Assembly (NCBI GenBank): GCA_004555655.1
Contig: SFHJ01000006.1
Location: 10,095-74,094, forward strand
Source: Clostridiales bacterium
Lineage (GTDB): Bacteria; Bacillota; Clostridia; Oscillospirales; Oscillospiraceae
DNA: 64,000 bases
Direction of reading: 5' to 3'
Made by a program: the position numbers and the translations under genes. Below the pieces are notes generated by a model. That model made no database searches. It was not told the DNA's origin and worked only from the letters and a program-made list of their open reading frames with translations. Of this stretch, positions 36,985-47,118 are shown piece by piece. Each line of letters starts with the position of its first letter. Position 1 is the first letter of the stretch.

Positions 36985-37914
36985 ATGAGCGTTGCTGAAA
37001 TCTATGAAAACAGAGCCACTTTCTCGTTCGAGGTCTTCCCGCCGAAGACCGATGTGGGTATGGAAAAGCTTTGCGGCGCGGGCGGCGTGCTGGAAAAGCT
37101 GTATACCCTGAACCCCGACTACATCTCCTGTACCTACGGCGCGGGCGGCACGAACGTGGGCAAGAACCTGGAAGTGCTCGACAAGATCAAGGCCGACGGC
37201 AAGTGTGAGCCGGTGACGCATTTCACCTGCATCGGCAACACGAAAGAAGACATCAGAACCAAGCTGCAGACCTATCTTGACCACGGCATCAACCATGTGC
37301 TGGCGCTGCGCGGCGATCTGCCCTTCGGCTGGACAGGCACCAACGGCGATCTGCACTATGCCACCGAGCTTGTCAAGTTCATCCGCAAGGAGTTCGGCGA
37401 CAAGTTCACCATTGCGGTCGCGGGCTCTCCCGAGGGCCATATCCAGTGCCGCAGTCTGGAGGCAGATATCGCCTTCCTGAAGCAGAAGCAGGACAACGGC
37501 GCCGACTTCATCATCTCGCAGCTGTGCTGGGATATGGACGCGTTCCGCCGCTGGCTCGACGCGATCCGTGACGCCGGTATCTGGCTGCCCGTCGACGTGG
37601 GCATCATGCCCATCCTTGATCAGGCCGCCACGATCAACATGGCGCTCAGCCGCAACGGCTGCGTGATGGACCGCAAGCTCTGCGAAATCATCTCGAAGAA
37701 CTGGATCTTCCCGAACCCGTTTGACAAAGAGCCGTTCGACGCCGACGTCGAGGGCAAGAAGGCCAGCTTCAAGCAGGCCGGCATCGAATATACCATCAAC
37801 CAGATCGACCAGTACCGAGCCTGCGGCGTCGACGGCATTCATCTGTACGCACTCAACAAGTACGAGGACGTCGCATACATCGCAAAGGCCGCCGGTCTTA
37901 TCGACCTCGTGTAA
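36985..37914 (+). CDS. metF: Methylenetetrahydrofolate reductase
   Basis: FSFEVFPPK, SCTYGAGG, HFTC, LALRGD, KQDNGADFIISQL, GIHLYALN; RBS GGAGG. Confidence 0.93.
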   Translation: MSVAEIYENRATFSFEVFPPKTDVGMEKLCGAGGVLEKLYTLNPDYISCTYGAGGTNVGKNLEVLDKIKADGKCEPVTHFTCIGNTKEDIRTKLQTYLDHGINHVLALRGDLPFGWTGTNGDLHYATELVKFIRKEFGDKFTIAVAGSPEGHIQCRSLEADIAFLKQKQDNGADFIISQLCWDMDAFRRWLDAIRDAGIWLPVDVGIMPILDQAATINMALSRNGCVMDRKLCEIISKNWIFPNPFDKEPFDADVEGKKASFKQAGIEYTINQIDQYRACGVDGIHLYALNKYEDVAYIAKAAGLIDLV

Positions 37915-38020
37915 CTGACACCGATCCCGGCGGGCAGCGCGCCCGCCGGGGCGAGCGTTTCGCGGCGGTTCGCGCCTGCGGGCGTGAGACGGCAGCGAGA
38001 CTTTAAAGGAGCAGGATTCT

Positions 38021-38788
38021 ATGGCTACACATACCATCGCAGTTGCCGGTAAGGGCGGCGTCGGCAAGACGACGACCTGCGGCATGATTATCGACTATCT
38101 GTGCAAGCAGAAAAAAGGCCCTATTCTGGTTGTCGACGCCGACGCCAACTCCAACCTCAACGAGGTGCTGGGCGTGGAGGTCGAGACGACGCTGGGCGAT
38201 ATCCGCGAGGAGATGGCCCGCGCCGAGCAGAAGGGCACCGTGCCGGCCAATATGACAAAGGCCGACTACGCCGAGATGAAATTCGGCTTGGCGCTCATCG
38301 AAGAGGACGACTTTGACATGCTCGTCATGGGCCGGACGCAGGGCAAGGGCTGCTACTGCTTTGTCAACGGCGTTCTCAAGACCCAGATTGACAAATATGC
38401 GGGCAACTACCGCTATATGGTCATCGACAATGAAGCGGGGCTCGAGCATATCAGCCGCGGAACGCTTCCGCATGTGGATACGATGCTGCTCATCTCCGAC
38501 TGCTCGCGCCGCGGCGTACAGGCCGTGGGCAGAATCGCCGAGATGATCCGCGAGCTGGAGCTGAAGCCCGGCACGATGAAGCTGATCGTAAACCGCGCGC
38601 CCGGCGGGGTTCTCAACGCCGGCGTGATGGAGGAAATAAAACGGTATGATCTCGACCTGGTCGGCGTTCTGCCGCAGGACGAGCTGGTATATGAGTATGA
38701 CTGCGAGGGCAAACCCAGCTCGCAGGTTCCCGACAGCGCGCCCGTCAAGCAGGCGCTGGGCGAGATCATGCGCAAACTTGGTTTATAA
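38021..38788 (+). CDS. cooC: CooC/AcsF nickel-insertion ATPase
   Basis: GKGGVGKTT, DADANSNL, GCYC, DNEAGLEH. Confidence 0.92.
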   Translation: MATHTIAVAGKGGVGKTTTCGMIIDYLCKQKKGPILVVDADANSNLNEVLGVEVETTLGDIREEMARAEQKGTVPANMTKADYAEMKFGLALIEEDDFDMLVMGRTQGKGCYCFVNGVLKTQIDKYAGNYRYMVIDNEAGLEHISRGTLPHVDTMLLISDCSRRGVQAVGRIAEMIRELELKPGTMKLIVNRAPGGVLNAGVMEEIKRYDLDLVGVLPQDELVYEYDCEGKPSSQVPDSAPVKQALGEIMRKLGL

Positions 38789-38818
38789 AAATTATTTTTA
38801 ATAGGGGGATTCATCATT

Positions 38819-39763
38819 ATGCCTTTCGTTCCCAAGAAACAGGCTTACAACGCAAAGATCAATGAAGTTGTTCTTGGCGTTGGCGAAAAAGCCACGGCGA
38901 TCGGCGGCCAGAACGTGCTGCCGTTCCATACCTTCGACGCTGAGATCAAGAACGCGCCCAAGATCGGCGTCGAGCTGACCGATTTCGGCATGGAAGAGTA
39001 CACCATGCCCGGCGAGCAGGCGTTCTATGCCGGCTGCGAGAGCGTGGTCGACATGGCCAAGCGCGCAGAAACCATGGAAGGCGCATCGTTTATCTGCCTG
39101 CACTTTGAAGGCGCGGACCCCAACGGCGCGAACAAGTCCGTCGAGGAGTGTGTGAAGCTGGCAAAGGACGTCTCCGATGCCACCACGATGCCGCTCGTCA
39201 TCATGGGCTGCAAGAACGTGGAAAAGGACACCGAGCTCTTCAACAAGATCGCCGAGGCGCTGGCCGGCAAGAACATCCTTGTCCTGTCCGCCCGCGACGA
39301 GAACTACAAGACCGTCGGTGCTTCGGCAGGCCTGGCGTACAACCAGAAGGTCGGCGCGGAATCCGCCGTTGACATCAACCTGGCCAAGCAGCTCAACACC
39401 GTCATGACCCAGCTGGGCGTGAGCGGCCAGAACATCGTCATGAACATCGGATCTGCCGCCGTCGGCTATGGCTATGAATATGTGGCCTCCACGCTTGACC
39501 GCATCAAGGATGCTGCGCTCAAGCAGTCCGATGCGATGCTGCAGATGCCCATCATGACCCCTGTGTCCTCCGATACCTGGGGCGTGAAGGAAGCCATCAT
39601 GCCCGAGGCTGACATGCCCGAATGGGGCAATCAGGAAGAGCGCGGCGTCGAGATGGAAATCGCCACCGCCGCTGCCGTGCTGGCTGGCGGTTCGGACGCG
39701 GTCATTATGCGTCATCCGGCAGCCATCAAGGCCATTGCCGCGATGATCAATGCGCTGATGTAA
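38819..39763 (+). CDS. acsD: Corrinoid Fe-S protein small subunit (delta)
   Basis: IGGQNVLPF, DINLAKQLN, VGYGYEY, D.MLQMP, MRHP. Confidence 0.95.
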   Translation: MPFVPKKQAYNAKINEVVLGVGEKATAIGGQNVLPFHTFDAEIKNAPKIGVELTDFGMEEYTMPGEQAFYAGCESVVDMAKRAETMEGASFICLHFEGADPNGANKSVEECVKLAKDVSDATTMPLVIMGCKNVEKDTELFNKIAEALAGKNILVLSARDENYKTVGASAGLAYNQKVGAESAVDINLAKQLNTVMTQLGVSGQNIVMNIGSAAVGYGYEYVASTLDRIKDAALKQSDAMLQMPIMTPVSSDTWGVKEAIMPEADMPEWGNQEERGVEMEIATAAAVLAGGSDAVIMRHPAAIKAIAAMINALM

Positions 39764-39784
39764 TCAGGAAGGAGGAACATAATT

Positions 39785-42061
39785 ATGGCAGTCAAAGGTC
39801 TTGACATTTTCAAGCTCTCTCCCAAGAAAAACTGTAAGGAATGCGGCAGCCCCACATGCATGGCGTTCTGCATGAAGGTCGCGCAGGGCGCGCTGCCCAT
39901 CACCAAGTGCCCGTACATGTCCGACGAAGCCATCGCCCTTCTGAGCGAGGCCACTGCGCCCCCCATGAAGACCATCGAGGCAGCCGGCCACAAAATGGGC
40001 GGCGAGACCGTGATGTTCCGTCACGAGAAGACCCTCGTTTCGCGCAACCTGTTTGCCGTTCCTCTTTGCACCTGCATGGATGACGCGAAGGCCGACGCTG
40101 CGCTTGAGGCCGTGAAGGCCGTCGATTATGAGCGCATCGGCGAGCGCGAGTACGTGGAGTTTGTCCTCGTGCATGACGCGGGCGACGCCGACAAGCTTGC
40201 TGCACTGTGCAAGAAGGTTGCCGAAACCGGCCGCGGCGTCATCATCGACACTGAGAATGTTGAAGCCGCGAAGAAGGCCGTCGAGGCTGTCAAGGATACC
40301 AAGCCCATCCTCAACGGCGCGACCAAGGACAACTATGCCGACATGAGCGCCGTCGCCACCGCCGCGGGCGTTGTTCTGGGCGTCAAGGCTGCGAACCTCT
40401 CTGAGCTGCACGACACCGTTGAAGCTTTGGAGAAGGCCGGCAACAAGAATCTGGTGCTCGACGTCACGGGCGCTACCATCAAGGAGACGTTTGCCAACGC
40501 CGTTCTCGTGCGCCGTGCAGCGCTCAAGGACAACGACCGCACGTTCGGCTATCCGTCCATCGTGAACCTTGCCAAGCTGACCGACGACGTGCATCTGGCC
40601 ACGGCCCTTGCCGCCGTGTTCACCGTCAAGTACGGCTCCGTCATCGTCATGCCCGAAATGCGCTATGCCGAGGCTCTGCCGCTCTACGGCCTGCGCCAGA
40701 ACATCTATACCGACCCGCAGAAGCCCATGAAGGTCGCGCCCGGCATCTACCCCATCAACGGCGCCGGCCCCGACGATCCCTGCGCGCTGACGGTCGACTT
40801 CGCGCTGACCTACTTCCTGGTCTCCGGCGAGCTCGAGCGCTCCAAGGTGCCCGTCAACCTGCTCATCACCGACGCGTCCGGCATGTCCGTTCTGACCGCG
40901 TGGGCCGCAGGCAAGTTCTCCTCGTCCACCGTCAAGAAGTTCTTTGACGAGTTCGACGTTGCCGGCAAGATCAACAACCGCACCCTGATCATCCCGGGCA
41001 AGGTCGCCGTCATGAAGGGCGAGATTCAGGACAAGCTGCCCGATTGGAACGTTGTCGTCGGTACCCGTGAGGCCGTTGAGCTCGTCAAGTACCTCAAGGA
41101 CGGCGAGTACAAGGCTGCTGCCGAGGCCGTTGCCGCCTCCAAGAAGCCTGCCGAGGAGAAGAAGGAGGCCGCCGACGTCAATGCGCCGCTGGACTTCGAG
41201 AAGATCGCTGCCTCTATCCCCGCCATCAAGATCCGCGACGATCTGGATGCGCACTACAAGCAGAGAGATCCGGAATCTCCCAAGTTTGTCACCATCGGCG
41301 AGCGTATCCACTGCATCTCCCCGGTCATCCGCGAGGCGATGGCCACCTTCAATCCCGATCCCATCCTTGAGCGTGCCGCACAGCAGATCAAGGCCGGCGC
41401 TACCTATCTGGACGTCAACATCGGCCCTGCCGAGTCCAATGGCCCCGAGCTCATGACCTGGGCGGTCAAGCTGCTGCAGGAGAATTTCAACAACGTGCCT
41501 CTGGCGCTCGATACCGCCAACAAGCGCGCCATTGAAGCCGGCATCAAGGTCTACAACCGCACCAACGGCAAGCCCATCGTCAACTCCGCTGACGCAGGCT
41601 CGCGTATCGACAACATCAACCTCGCCGCTGCCAACGACGCCATCGTCATCGCGCTGTGCTCCGCCGACGGCATCGCCAAGGACAACGAAGAGCGCATGAT
41701 GCACTGCCATCATATGCTCGAGCGCGGTTTGTCTCTCGGCATGGAAGCGACCGACCTGTGGTTCGACCCGCTGTTCCTCGTCGTCAAGGGCATGCAGGAC
41801 AAGCAGATGGACGTCCTGAACGCCATCAAGCTGTTCTCCGACGAAGGCCTCAAGTCCACCGGCGGCCTGTCCAACAACTCCAACGGCGCGCCCAAGGCGG
41901 TCCGCCCGATCATGGACTCCGCGCTCGTGGCCATGGCGATGATGCAGGGTCTGACCTCGGCCATCGTCAACCCCAACGATCTGAGACTGATGGAGACCAT
42001 CAAGTCCTGCGACATTTTCAAGAACAACGAGCTGTATTCCGACTCTTATCTGGACGTGTAA
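39785..42061 (+). CDS. acsC: Fusion: corrinoid Fe-S protein large subunit (AcsC) + methyl-THF:CoFeSP methyltransferase (AcsE)
   Basis: NCKECGSPTCMAF..CPY Fe-S motif, GGETVMFRHEK, SVLTAWAAGKF; about 60-aa linker; then IGERIHCISP, DVNIGP, LDT, VNS, GLSN (AcsE) from residue ~501; no stop codon in between. Confidence 0.93.
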   Translation: MAVKGLDIFKLSPKKNCKECGSPTCMAFCMKVAQGALPITKCPYMSDEAIALLSEATAPPMKTIEAAGHKMGGETVMFRHEKTLVSRNLFAVPLCTCMDDAKADAALEAVKAVDYERIGEREYVEFVLVHDAGDADKLAALCKKVAETGRGVIIDTENVEAAKKAVEAVKDTKPILNGATKDNYADMSAVATAAGVVLGVKAANLSELHDTVEALEKAGNKNLVLDVTGATIKETFANAVLVRRAALKDNDRTFGYPSIVNLAKLTDDVHLATALAAVFTVKYGSVIVMPEMRYAEALPLYGLRQNIYTDPQKPMKVAPGIYPINGAGPDDPCALTVDFALTYFLVSGELERSKVPVNLLITDASGMSVLTAWAAGKFSSSTVKKFFDEFDVAGKINNRTLIIPGKVAVMKGEIQDKLPDWNVVVGTREAVELVKYLKDGEYKAAAEAVAASKKPAEEKKEAADVNAPLDFEKIAASIPAIKIRDDLDAHYKQRDPESPKFVTIGERIHCISPVIREAMATFNPDPILERAAQQIKAGATYLDVNIGPAESNGPELMTWAVKLLQENFNNVPLALDTANKRAIEAGIKVYNRTNGKPIVNSADAGSRIDNINLAAANDAIVIALCSADGIAKDNEERMMHCHHMLERGLSLGMEATDLWFDPLFLVVKGMQDKQMDVLNAIKLFSDEGLKSTGGLSNNSNGAPKAVRPIMDSALVAMAMMQGLTSAIVNPNDLRLMETIKSCDIFKNNELYSDSYLDV

Positions 42062-42155
42062 TCTCTGACAAGTTCCCTGCCGGCAGCATTGCCGGCGGGG
42101 AATTGCCGCATACGAATATCGCACAAATTCAGTCGAAATTTTCAGGAGGGTATTT

Positions 42156-44291
42156 ATGAGTGTTTTAACCGATCTCATCTATGGCGGCTCCAACGCCGTC
42201 GCGGGCCTCACCGAGGGTGCGGTCAACGACGCCATCGCCAAGTACGGCGCAGACAAGGAAATCGCTTTCCCCGATACCGCGTATTTCTTCCCCACCATCT
42301 ACGCGGCCACCGGCGTGAAGGTCAAGACGCTGGGTGATCTGCCCGCGTGCGTGGGCGTTCTCAAGAGCCTCATCACCAACCAGGAGGATCTGGGCCAGGC
42401 GCTGAACGCCGGTCTTGCTACCGCCGTGGGCGCGGAAATTCTTGAGGGCCTGAAGTTCGTCGAGCCGAAGGACGCATACGAGGATGCGCGCGTGGCCGGC
42501 ATCGGCTTCGTGCCCGATCCCATCATCCGCTCGCTGGGCGTGCCGCTGGTCACGGGCGATATCCCCGGTGTGGCCGTTGTGCTGGGCAGGGCTGAAAATG
42601 CCGAGGATGTGGCCAAGGTCGTCAAGGACTACCAGTCCAAGGGCATCATGACCTTCATGGTCGGCGACGTCATCGAGCAGTGCGCCGACGCCGGCGTCAA
42701 GATGGGCCTTGAGTTCCGTGTCATCCCGCTGGGCCATGACGTAACCTCCGTCATCCATGTCGTCACCGTCGCCATCCGCGCGGCGCTGATCTTCGGCAAC
42801 GTGCAGCCCGGCGATCTGGCTGGCCTGCTTGCCTATACCAAGGATCGCGTGCCCGCGTTTGTCAACACCTTCGGCAATATCGACTCCGTCGTCGTTTCCG
42901 CAGGCGCTGGCGCCATCGCACTGGGCTTCCCGGTCGTGGTCGATATCGATCTCGGCGAAAATCAGGTTCCGGGCGCGCTCGAGTCTGTGTGCGACCACAA
43001 TGAGACGGTTAAGAAGTCTCTGGAACTGCGCAATATCAAGATCAAGTCCAAGGAGCTGCCCATCCCCGTGGCGTTTGCCGCTGCGTTTGAGGGCGAGATC
43101 ATCCGTAAGGCCGATATGAAGGTCGAGTTCTGGTCCGCCAAGAACACCACCTGCGAGCTCGTGCTCATGCGCGAGGCCGATCAGGTCGAGGATCACAAGA
43201 TCGTCGTCGACGGCCCCGAGATCGATTCCGGCGATACCGAGTACGCGCTGGCGACCTACATCGAGGTTTACGGCAAGAAGATGCAGGCCGACTTTGAGTC
43301 CGTCATCGAGCGGAAGATCCACGCATGGTTCAACTACATGGAAGGTGTCATGCACACCGGCCAGAGAAACCAGTTCCGCATCCGTATCTCCAATGACGCG
43401 TTTGAGAAGGGCCTGCGCCTGAAGCACTTTGGCGAGGTGCTGTACCATATGATCATGGACGAATTCGACGCCGTTGTCGACAAGTGCCAGGTCACGCTGG
43501 TCACCGATCCCGTCAAGGCCACCGCGATTCTCAACGAGCAGGCCATGCCGCGCTACAACATGCGCGACGACCGTCTGGCCTCCATGACCGACGAGTCCGT
43601 CGACCGCTTCTTCACCTGCATCCTCTGCCAGTCGTTCGCGCCGGCGCACTGCTGCGTGGTCACGCCCGAGCGTCTCGGCCTGTGCGGCGCTGTGTCGTGG
43701 CTCGATGCCAAGGCAACGTATGAGCTCAACCCCAACGGCCCGTCCCAGCCCATCATGAAAGAGGGCTGCATCGACGAGCGCACCGGCCGCTATGAGACCG
43801 TCAACGAGGCCATCAAGGACGCGACCCATGGCGCAGTTGAGGAAGTCACGCTGTACTCCATCATGGAAGACCCGATGACCTCCTGCGGCTGCTTCGAGTG
43901 CATCTCCGGCATCGAGCCTGTCTCCAACGGCTTTATCGTCGTCAACCGCGAGTACAAGGGCATGACCCCTTCCGGCATGACGTTCGGCGAGCTGGCCTCC
44001 TGCACTGGCGGCGGCGTGCAGACCCCTGGCTATATGGGCCACGGCCGTCACTTCATCTCGTCGAAAAAGTTCATCCACGCCGAGGGCGGCATTGAGCGTA
44101 TCGTCTGGATGCCCAAGGAACTCAAGGACGACGTGGGCGAGCGTCTGAATGCCACGGCCAAGGAGCTGTACGGCATCGATAACTTCACCGATATGATCGC
44201 TGACGAGACCGTCTGCACCGAGTGCGACGCACTCATGGAGTTCCTGACCGAGAAGAACCACCCGGTTCTGGGCCTGGAGCCGCTCATGTAA
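42156..44291 (+). CDS. acsB: Acetyl-CoA synthase (bacterial-type, 711 aa)
   Basis: A-cluster ligands CILCQSFAP...GLCG and PMTSCGCFE; FPDTAY N-terminal domain; RIVWMPK. Confidence 0.97.
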   Translation: MSVLTDLIYGGSNAVAGLTEGAVNDAIAKYGADKEIAFPDTAYFFPTIYAATGVKVKTLGDLPACVGVLKSLITNQEDLGQALNAGLATAVGAEILEGLKFVEPKDAYEDARVAGIGFVPDPIIRSLGVPLVTGDIPGVAVVLGRAENAEDVAKVVKDYQSKGIMTFMVGDVIEQCADAGVKMGLEFRVIPLGHDVTSVIHVVTVAIRAALIFGNVQPGDLAGLLAYTKDRVPAFVNTFGNIDSVVVSAGAGAIALGFPVVVDIDLGENQVPGALESVCDHNETVKKSLELRNIKIKSKELPIPVAFAAAFEGEIIRKADMKVEFWSAKNTTCELVLMREADQVEDHKIVVDGPEIDSGDTEYALATYIEVYGKKMQADFESVIERKIHAWFNYMEGVMHTGQRNQFRIRISNDAFEKGLRLKHFGEVLYHMIMDEFDAVVDKCQVTLVTDPVKATAILNEQAMPRYNMRDDRLASMTDESVDRFFTCILCQSFAPAHCCVVTPERLGLCGAVSWLDAKATYELNPNGPSQPIMKEGCIDERTGRYETVNEAIKDATHGAVEEVTLYSIMEDPMTSCGCFECISGIEPVSNGFIVVNREYKGMTPSGMTFGELASCTGGGVQTPGYMGHGRHFISSKKFIHAEGGIERIVWMPKELKDDVGERLNATAKELYGIDNFTDMIADETVCTECDALMEFLTEKNHPVLGLEPLM

Positions 44292-44302
44292 TCAGCCTTC
44301 AC

Positions 44303-44334
44303 AAAAATGGGAGGGCATATGCCCTCCCATTTTT
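44303..44334 (+). terminator. Terminator after acsB (32-bp palindrome)
   Basis: AAAAATGGGAGGGCATATGCCCTCCCATTTTT. Confidence 0.85.
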
Positions 44335-44483
44335 CGCGGTCTGCGCCCGTATTTCCTTTTGCAAAAGGGGAGGAAAGCGGGTGCGTCTGCACACACCGGG
44401 AAACATGCAAAGGCATAGCAGTGCCGCGAGGGGGCTTGGCGGCAGTGCTGTACCTTTGACAAATTACGAAAGGAATTCTATCT

Positions 44484-46415
44484 ATGTATCAGGTCACCTT
44501 CCGATTTGAAAACAGCGACAACGAAGTAAAAGCCTTCGCAGCGCCGGATACGACGCTGCTGGAAGCCGCGCGCGCGGCCAACGTCGCCATCGACGCGCCC
44601 TGCTCGGGCAACGGCTCGTGCGGCAAGTGCCGCGTGAAGCTGCTTGAAGGCGAGATCGAAGGCCCGCAGACCGGCCATATCACCCCTGAGGAATACGCGG
44701 ACGGCTGGCGCCTGAGCTGCGCGAGCAAAATTGTCAGCGACGTGACCATTCTGGTGCCCGATATCGCCTCTGCCTATCAGAGCCGGATGAAGACGGCGGA
44801 TCTTTCCTCGGGTGAGGAAATGGCGATTTTTGAAAAGCTGCAGGCTGACGTGCAGGCCGCAGGCGTGCCGTTTGCAAACGATTTTGAAGAAGTGCTCGTG
44901 CAGATGGAAGAGCCGACGCTTGATGACACCTTGCCCGACACCGAGCGGCTCATCTGGGGCGTGAAGGCAGCGATCGAGTGTGAGGACGTTGTCCTGCCGT
45001 ATTACGTCGTCAGAAAGCTCGCGGCGCTGCTGCGAAAGAGCAATTTCGCGGTCAAGGTCGTGGGCGAACTGAAAGACGGCGTGTTCCATGTCTACGACGC
45101 CGTGCCCGGCGATGATGCCGTTCCGCTTGCCGGCTGCGCCATCGACATCGGTACGACCACGGTTTCCGCCGTTCTGATGGACCTCAAGAGCGGCAAGCTC
45201 CTGGCCAAGGCCTCGTCGGGCAATGGCCAGATCCGCTACGGCGCGGACGTGATCAACCGGATTATTGAGCAGGGAAAGCCCGGCGGTGTGAAGCGCCTGC
45301 AGGACGCGATCATCAAAGAGACGCTCGTGCCCATCATCGCCGCTATGTGCCAGTCGGCAAATGTGCCGGCCAAGCGCATTTTGCGCATGTGCATTGCGTC
45401 AAACACCACGATGAACCATCTGCTTCTGGGCGTGGACGCCAATCCCGTGCGCATGGAGCCGTATATTCCCACGTTCTTTTCGTGGCGGAACCTCAAAGCG
45501 GGTGAGCTGGGCCTGCCCGCCAACCCCAACGCGCGCGTGCTGCTTGCGCCGAACATTGGCTCTTACGTCGGCGGCGACATTACCGCCGGCACGCTGGCGA
45601 GCCTCATCTGGGACAAGGACGAATTCTCCCTCTTCATTGACCTCGGCACCAACGGCGAGCTGGTCTTCGGCAACCGCGATTTCATGATGTCGTGCGCCTG
45701 CTCGGCAGGCCCGGCGTTCGAAGGCGGCGATATCTCCTGCGGTATGCGTGCCACCGACGGCGCGATTGAGGCCGTGACCATCGACAAGGACACGATGCGC
45801 CCGACGCTCAAGATTGTCGGCGGCGAGGGTCAGAAGCCCGTGGGCCTGTGCGGCTCGGGCATCATCGACGTGATCGCCGAGCTATACCGCACCTCCATCA
45901 TCTCGGCCAAGGGCCAGTTCGTGCGCGAAGGCGCGAGAGTCCTGCGCGATAAGCACGGCATGGGCCGTTATGTGCTGGCCGAGGCAGGGGAAAGCGAAAC
46001 GGGCCGTGAGATCGCCATCACCGAGGTGGATATTGAGTCGTTCATCCGCGCCAAGGGCGCCATCTTCTCGGCCATCCATGTGATGCTTGCGTCTCTGGAC
46101 ATGGATGTGAGTGTGCTCGAGCATGTCTACGTTGCCGGCGGCATCGGCAGCGGCATCAATATGGAAAACGCGGTGCGCATCGGCATGCTGCCCGATATTG
46201 ACCGCAGCCTGTTCGAGTATATCGGCAACTCGTCGCTTTCTGGCGCGTATGCGATGGCCCTGAGCGAGGCGGCGGATGAAAAGGTGCACGAGCTGGCGTC
46301 CAATATGACCTATATGGAGCTGTCCACCCATCCGGGCTACATGGACGAGTTCGTCGCGGCGTGCTTCCTGCCGCATACCGACGCTGCGCTCTTCCCGTCA
46401 AGCGTACAGGAGTAA
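44484..46415 (+). CDS. acsV: ATP-dependent reductive activator of corrinoid proteins (RACo/AcsV)
   Basis: [2Fe-2S] motif CSGNGSCGKC...LSC; ASKHA motifs DIGTTT, DLGTNGE, CSAGPAFEG, GLCGSG. Confidence 0.93.
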   Translation: MYQVTFRFENSDNEVKAFAAPDTTLLEAARAANVAIDAPCSGNGSCGKCRVKLLEGEIEGPQTGHITPEEYADGWRLSCASKIVSDVTILVPDIASAYQSRMKTADLSSGEEMAIFEKLQADVQAAGVPFANDFEEVLVQMEEPTLDDTLPDTERLIWGVKAAIECEDVVLPYYVVRKLAALLRKSNFAVKVVGELKDGVFHVYDAVPGDDAVPLAGCAIDIGTTTVSAVLMDLKSGKLLAKASSGNGQIRYGADVINRIIEQGKPGGVKRLQDAIIKETLVPIIAAMCQSANVPAKRILRMCIASNTTMNHLLLGVDANPVRMEPYIPTFFSWRNLKAGELGLPANPNARVLLAPNIGSYVGGDITAGTLASLIWDKDEFSLFIDLGTNGELVFGNRDFMMSCACSAGPAFEGGDISCGMRATDGAIEAVTIDKDTMRPTLKIVGGEGQKPVGLCGSGIIDVIAELYRTSIISAKGQFVREGARVLRDKHGMGRYVLAEAGESETGREIAITEVDIESFIRAKGAIFSAIHVMLASLDMDVSVLEHVYVAGGIGSGINMENAVRIGMLPDIDRSLFEYIGNSSLSGAYAMALSEAADEKVHELASNMTYMELSTHPGYMDEFVAACFLPHTDAALFPSSVQE

Positions 46416-46419
46416 GCAT

Positions 46420-47049
46420 ATGCAGGTACAAAACAACAAGGAAGAAGTGCCGTTTGCGCACTATGCGGAAAAATTCCGCGCGCTTGACCCGGCCGAGGCC
46501 GCCGCGCGCTGCGGTGCGGCGTATGAAAACGGCGAGTTTGCCGTGACGCTTCTGGGTACGGCGTATTTCATCGCGTGGCCGGACTACGCCATCCGCGCAG
46601 AATCGGGCGCGGGCTTCGCGCTGGAGAACCTGCCGTGTCAGACGTTTTTGCTGCGGTTTCTTCTTGAGGGCAAAAAGGCGGAGCGCCCGGCCGGCTTCAA
46701 GACCTTCCGCGAGATGCCCTGGGGCGAGATGTATATCGGCCCGTATACCGGACGGTGCCTCACGCGCGCGGCGTTCACCTTCGGCACGCGGGTAGAGGCG
46801 TTTGCGGCCGCTTGCCGCCGGATGGGCGCACGTGAAGTGCCGCACGGCGACGCGGGCTTCGAGTTTGATTTCCTCGGCGGCTACCGGATGCAGATTATGG
46901 TCTATGCCGGCGACGAGGAGTTCGCGCCCACTAGTCAGATTCTGTATTCTGACAACTTTTCCTCCGGCTTTGCCGCGGAAGACCGCGTGGTCGCTGGCGA
47001 TATTCTCATTTCCGCCATTAAGCGGCAGATGCAGCAAAAAACGGAATGA
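46420..47049 (+). CDS. DUF3786-type protein
   Basis: FREMPWG.MY, GDEEF....ILY......AED pattern; usual neighbour of corrinoid activators. Confidence 0.75.
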   Translation: MQVQNNKEEVPFAHYAEKFRALDPAEAAARCGAAYENGEFAVTLLGTAYFIAWPDYAIRAESGAGFALENLPCQTFLLRFLLEGKKAERPAGFKTFREMPWGEMYIGPYTGRCLTRAAFTFGTRVEAFAAACRRMGAREVPHGDAGFEFDFLGGYRMQIMVYAGDEEFAPTSQILYSDNFSSGFAAEDRVVAGDILISAIKRQMQQKTE

Positions 47050-47089
47050 ATTTTTGTATAGAATTTCTATGAAAATTTTGCCGGAAGCA

Positions 47090-47118
47090 TTGACGAACCA
47101 GCGTCCAAGTGATAGAAT
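47090..47118 (+). promoter_or_regulatory. Promoter of fhs
   Basis: TTGACG-17 bp-TAGAAT with TGn extension. Confidence 0.7.

Noticed and set aside
42073..42102. Hairpin between acsE and acsB as a scar of acsA deletion or a terminator
   Set aside because: No residual cooS coding sequence and no U-tract; cannot be supported beyond an intercistronic stem-loop.
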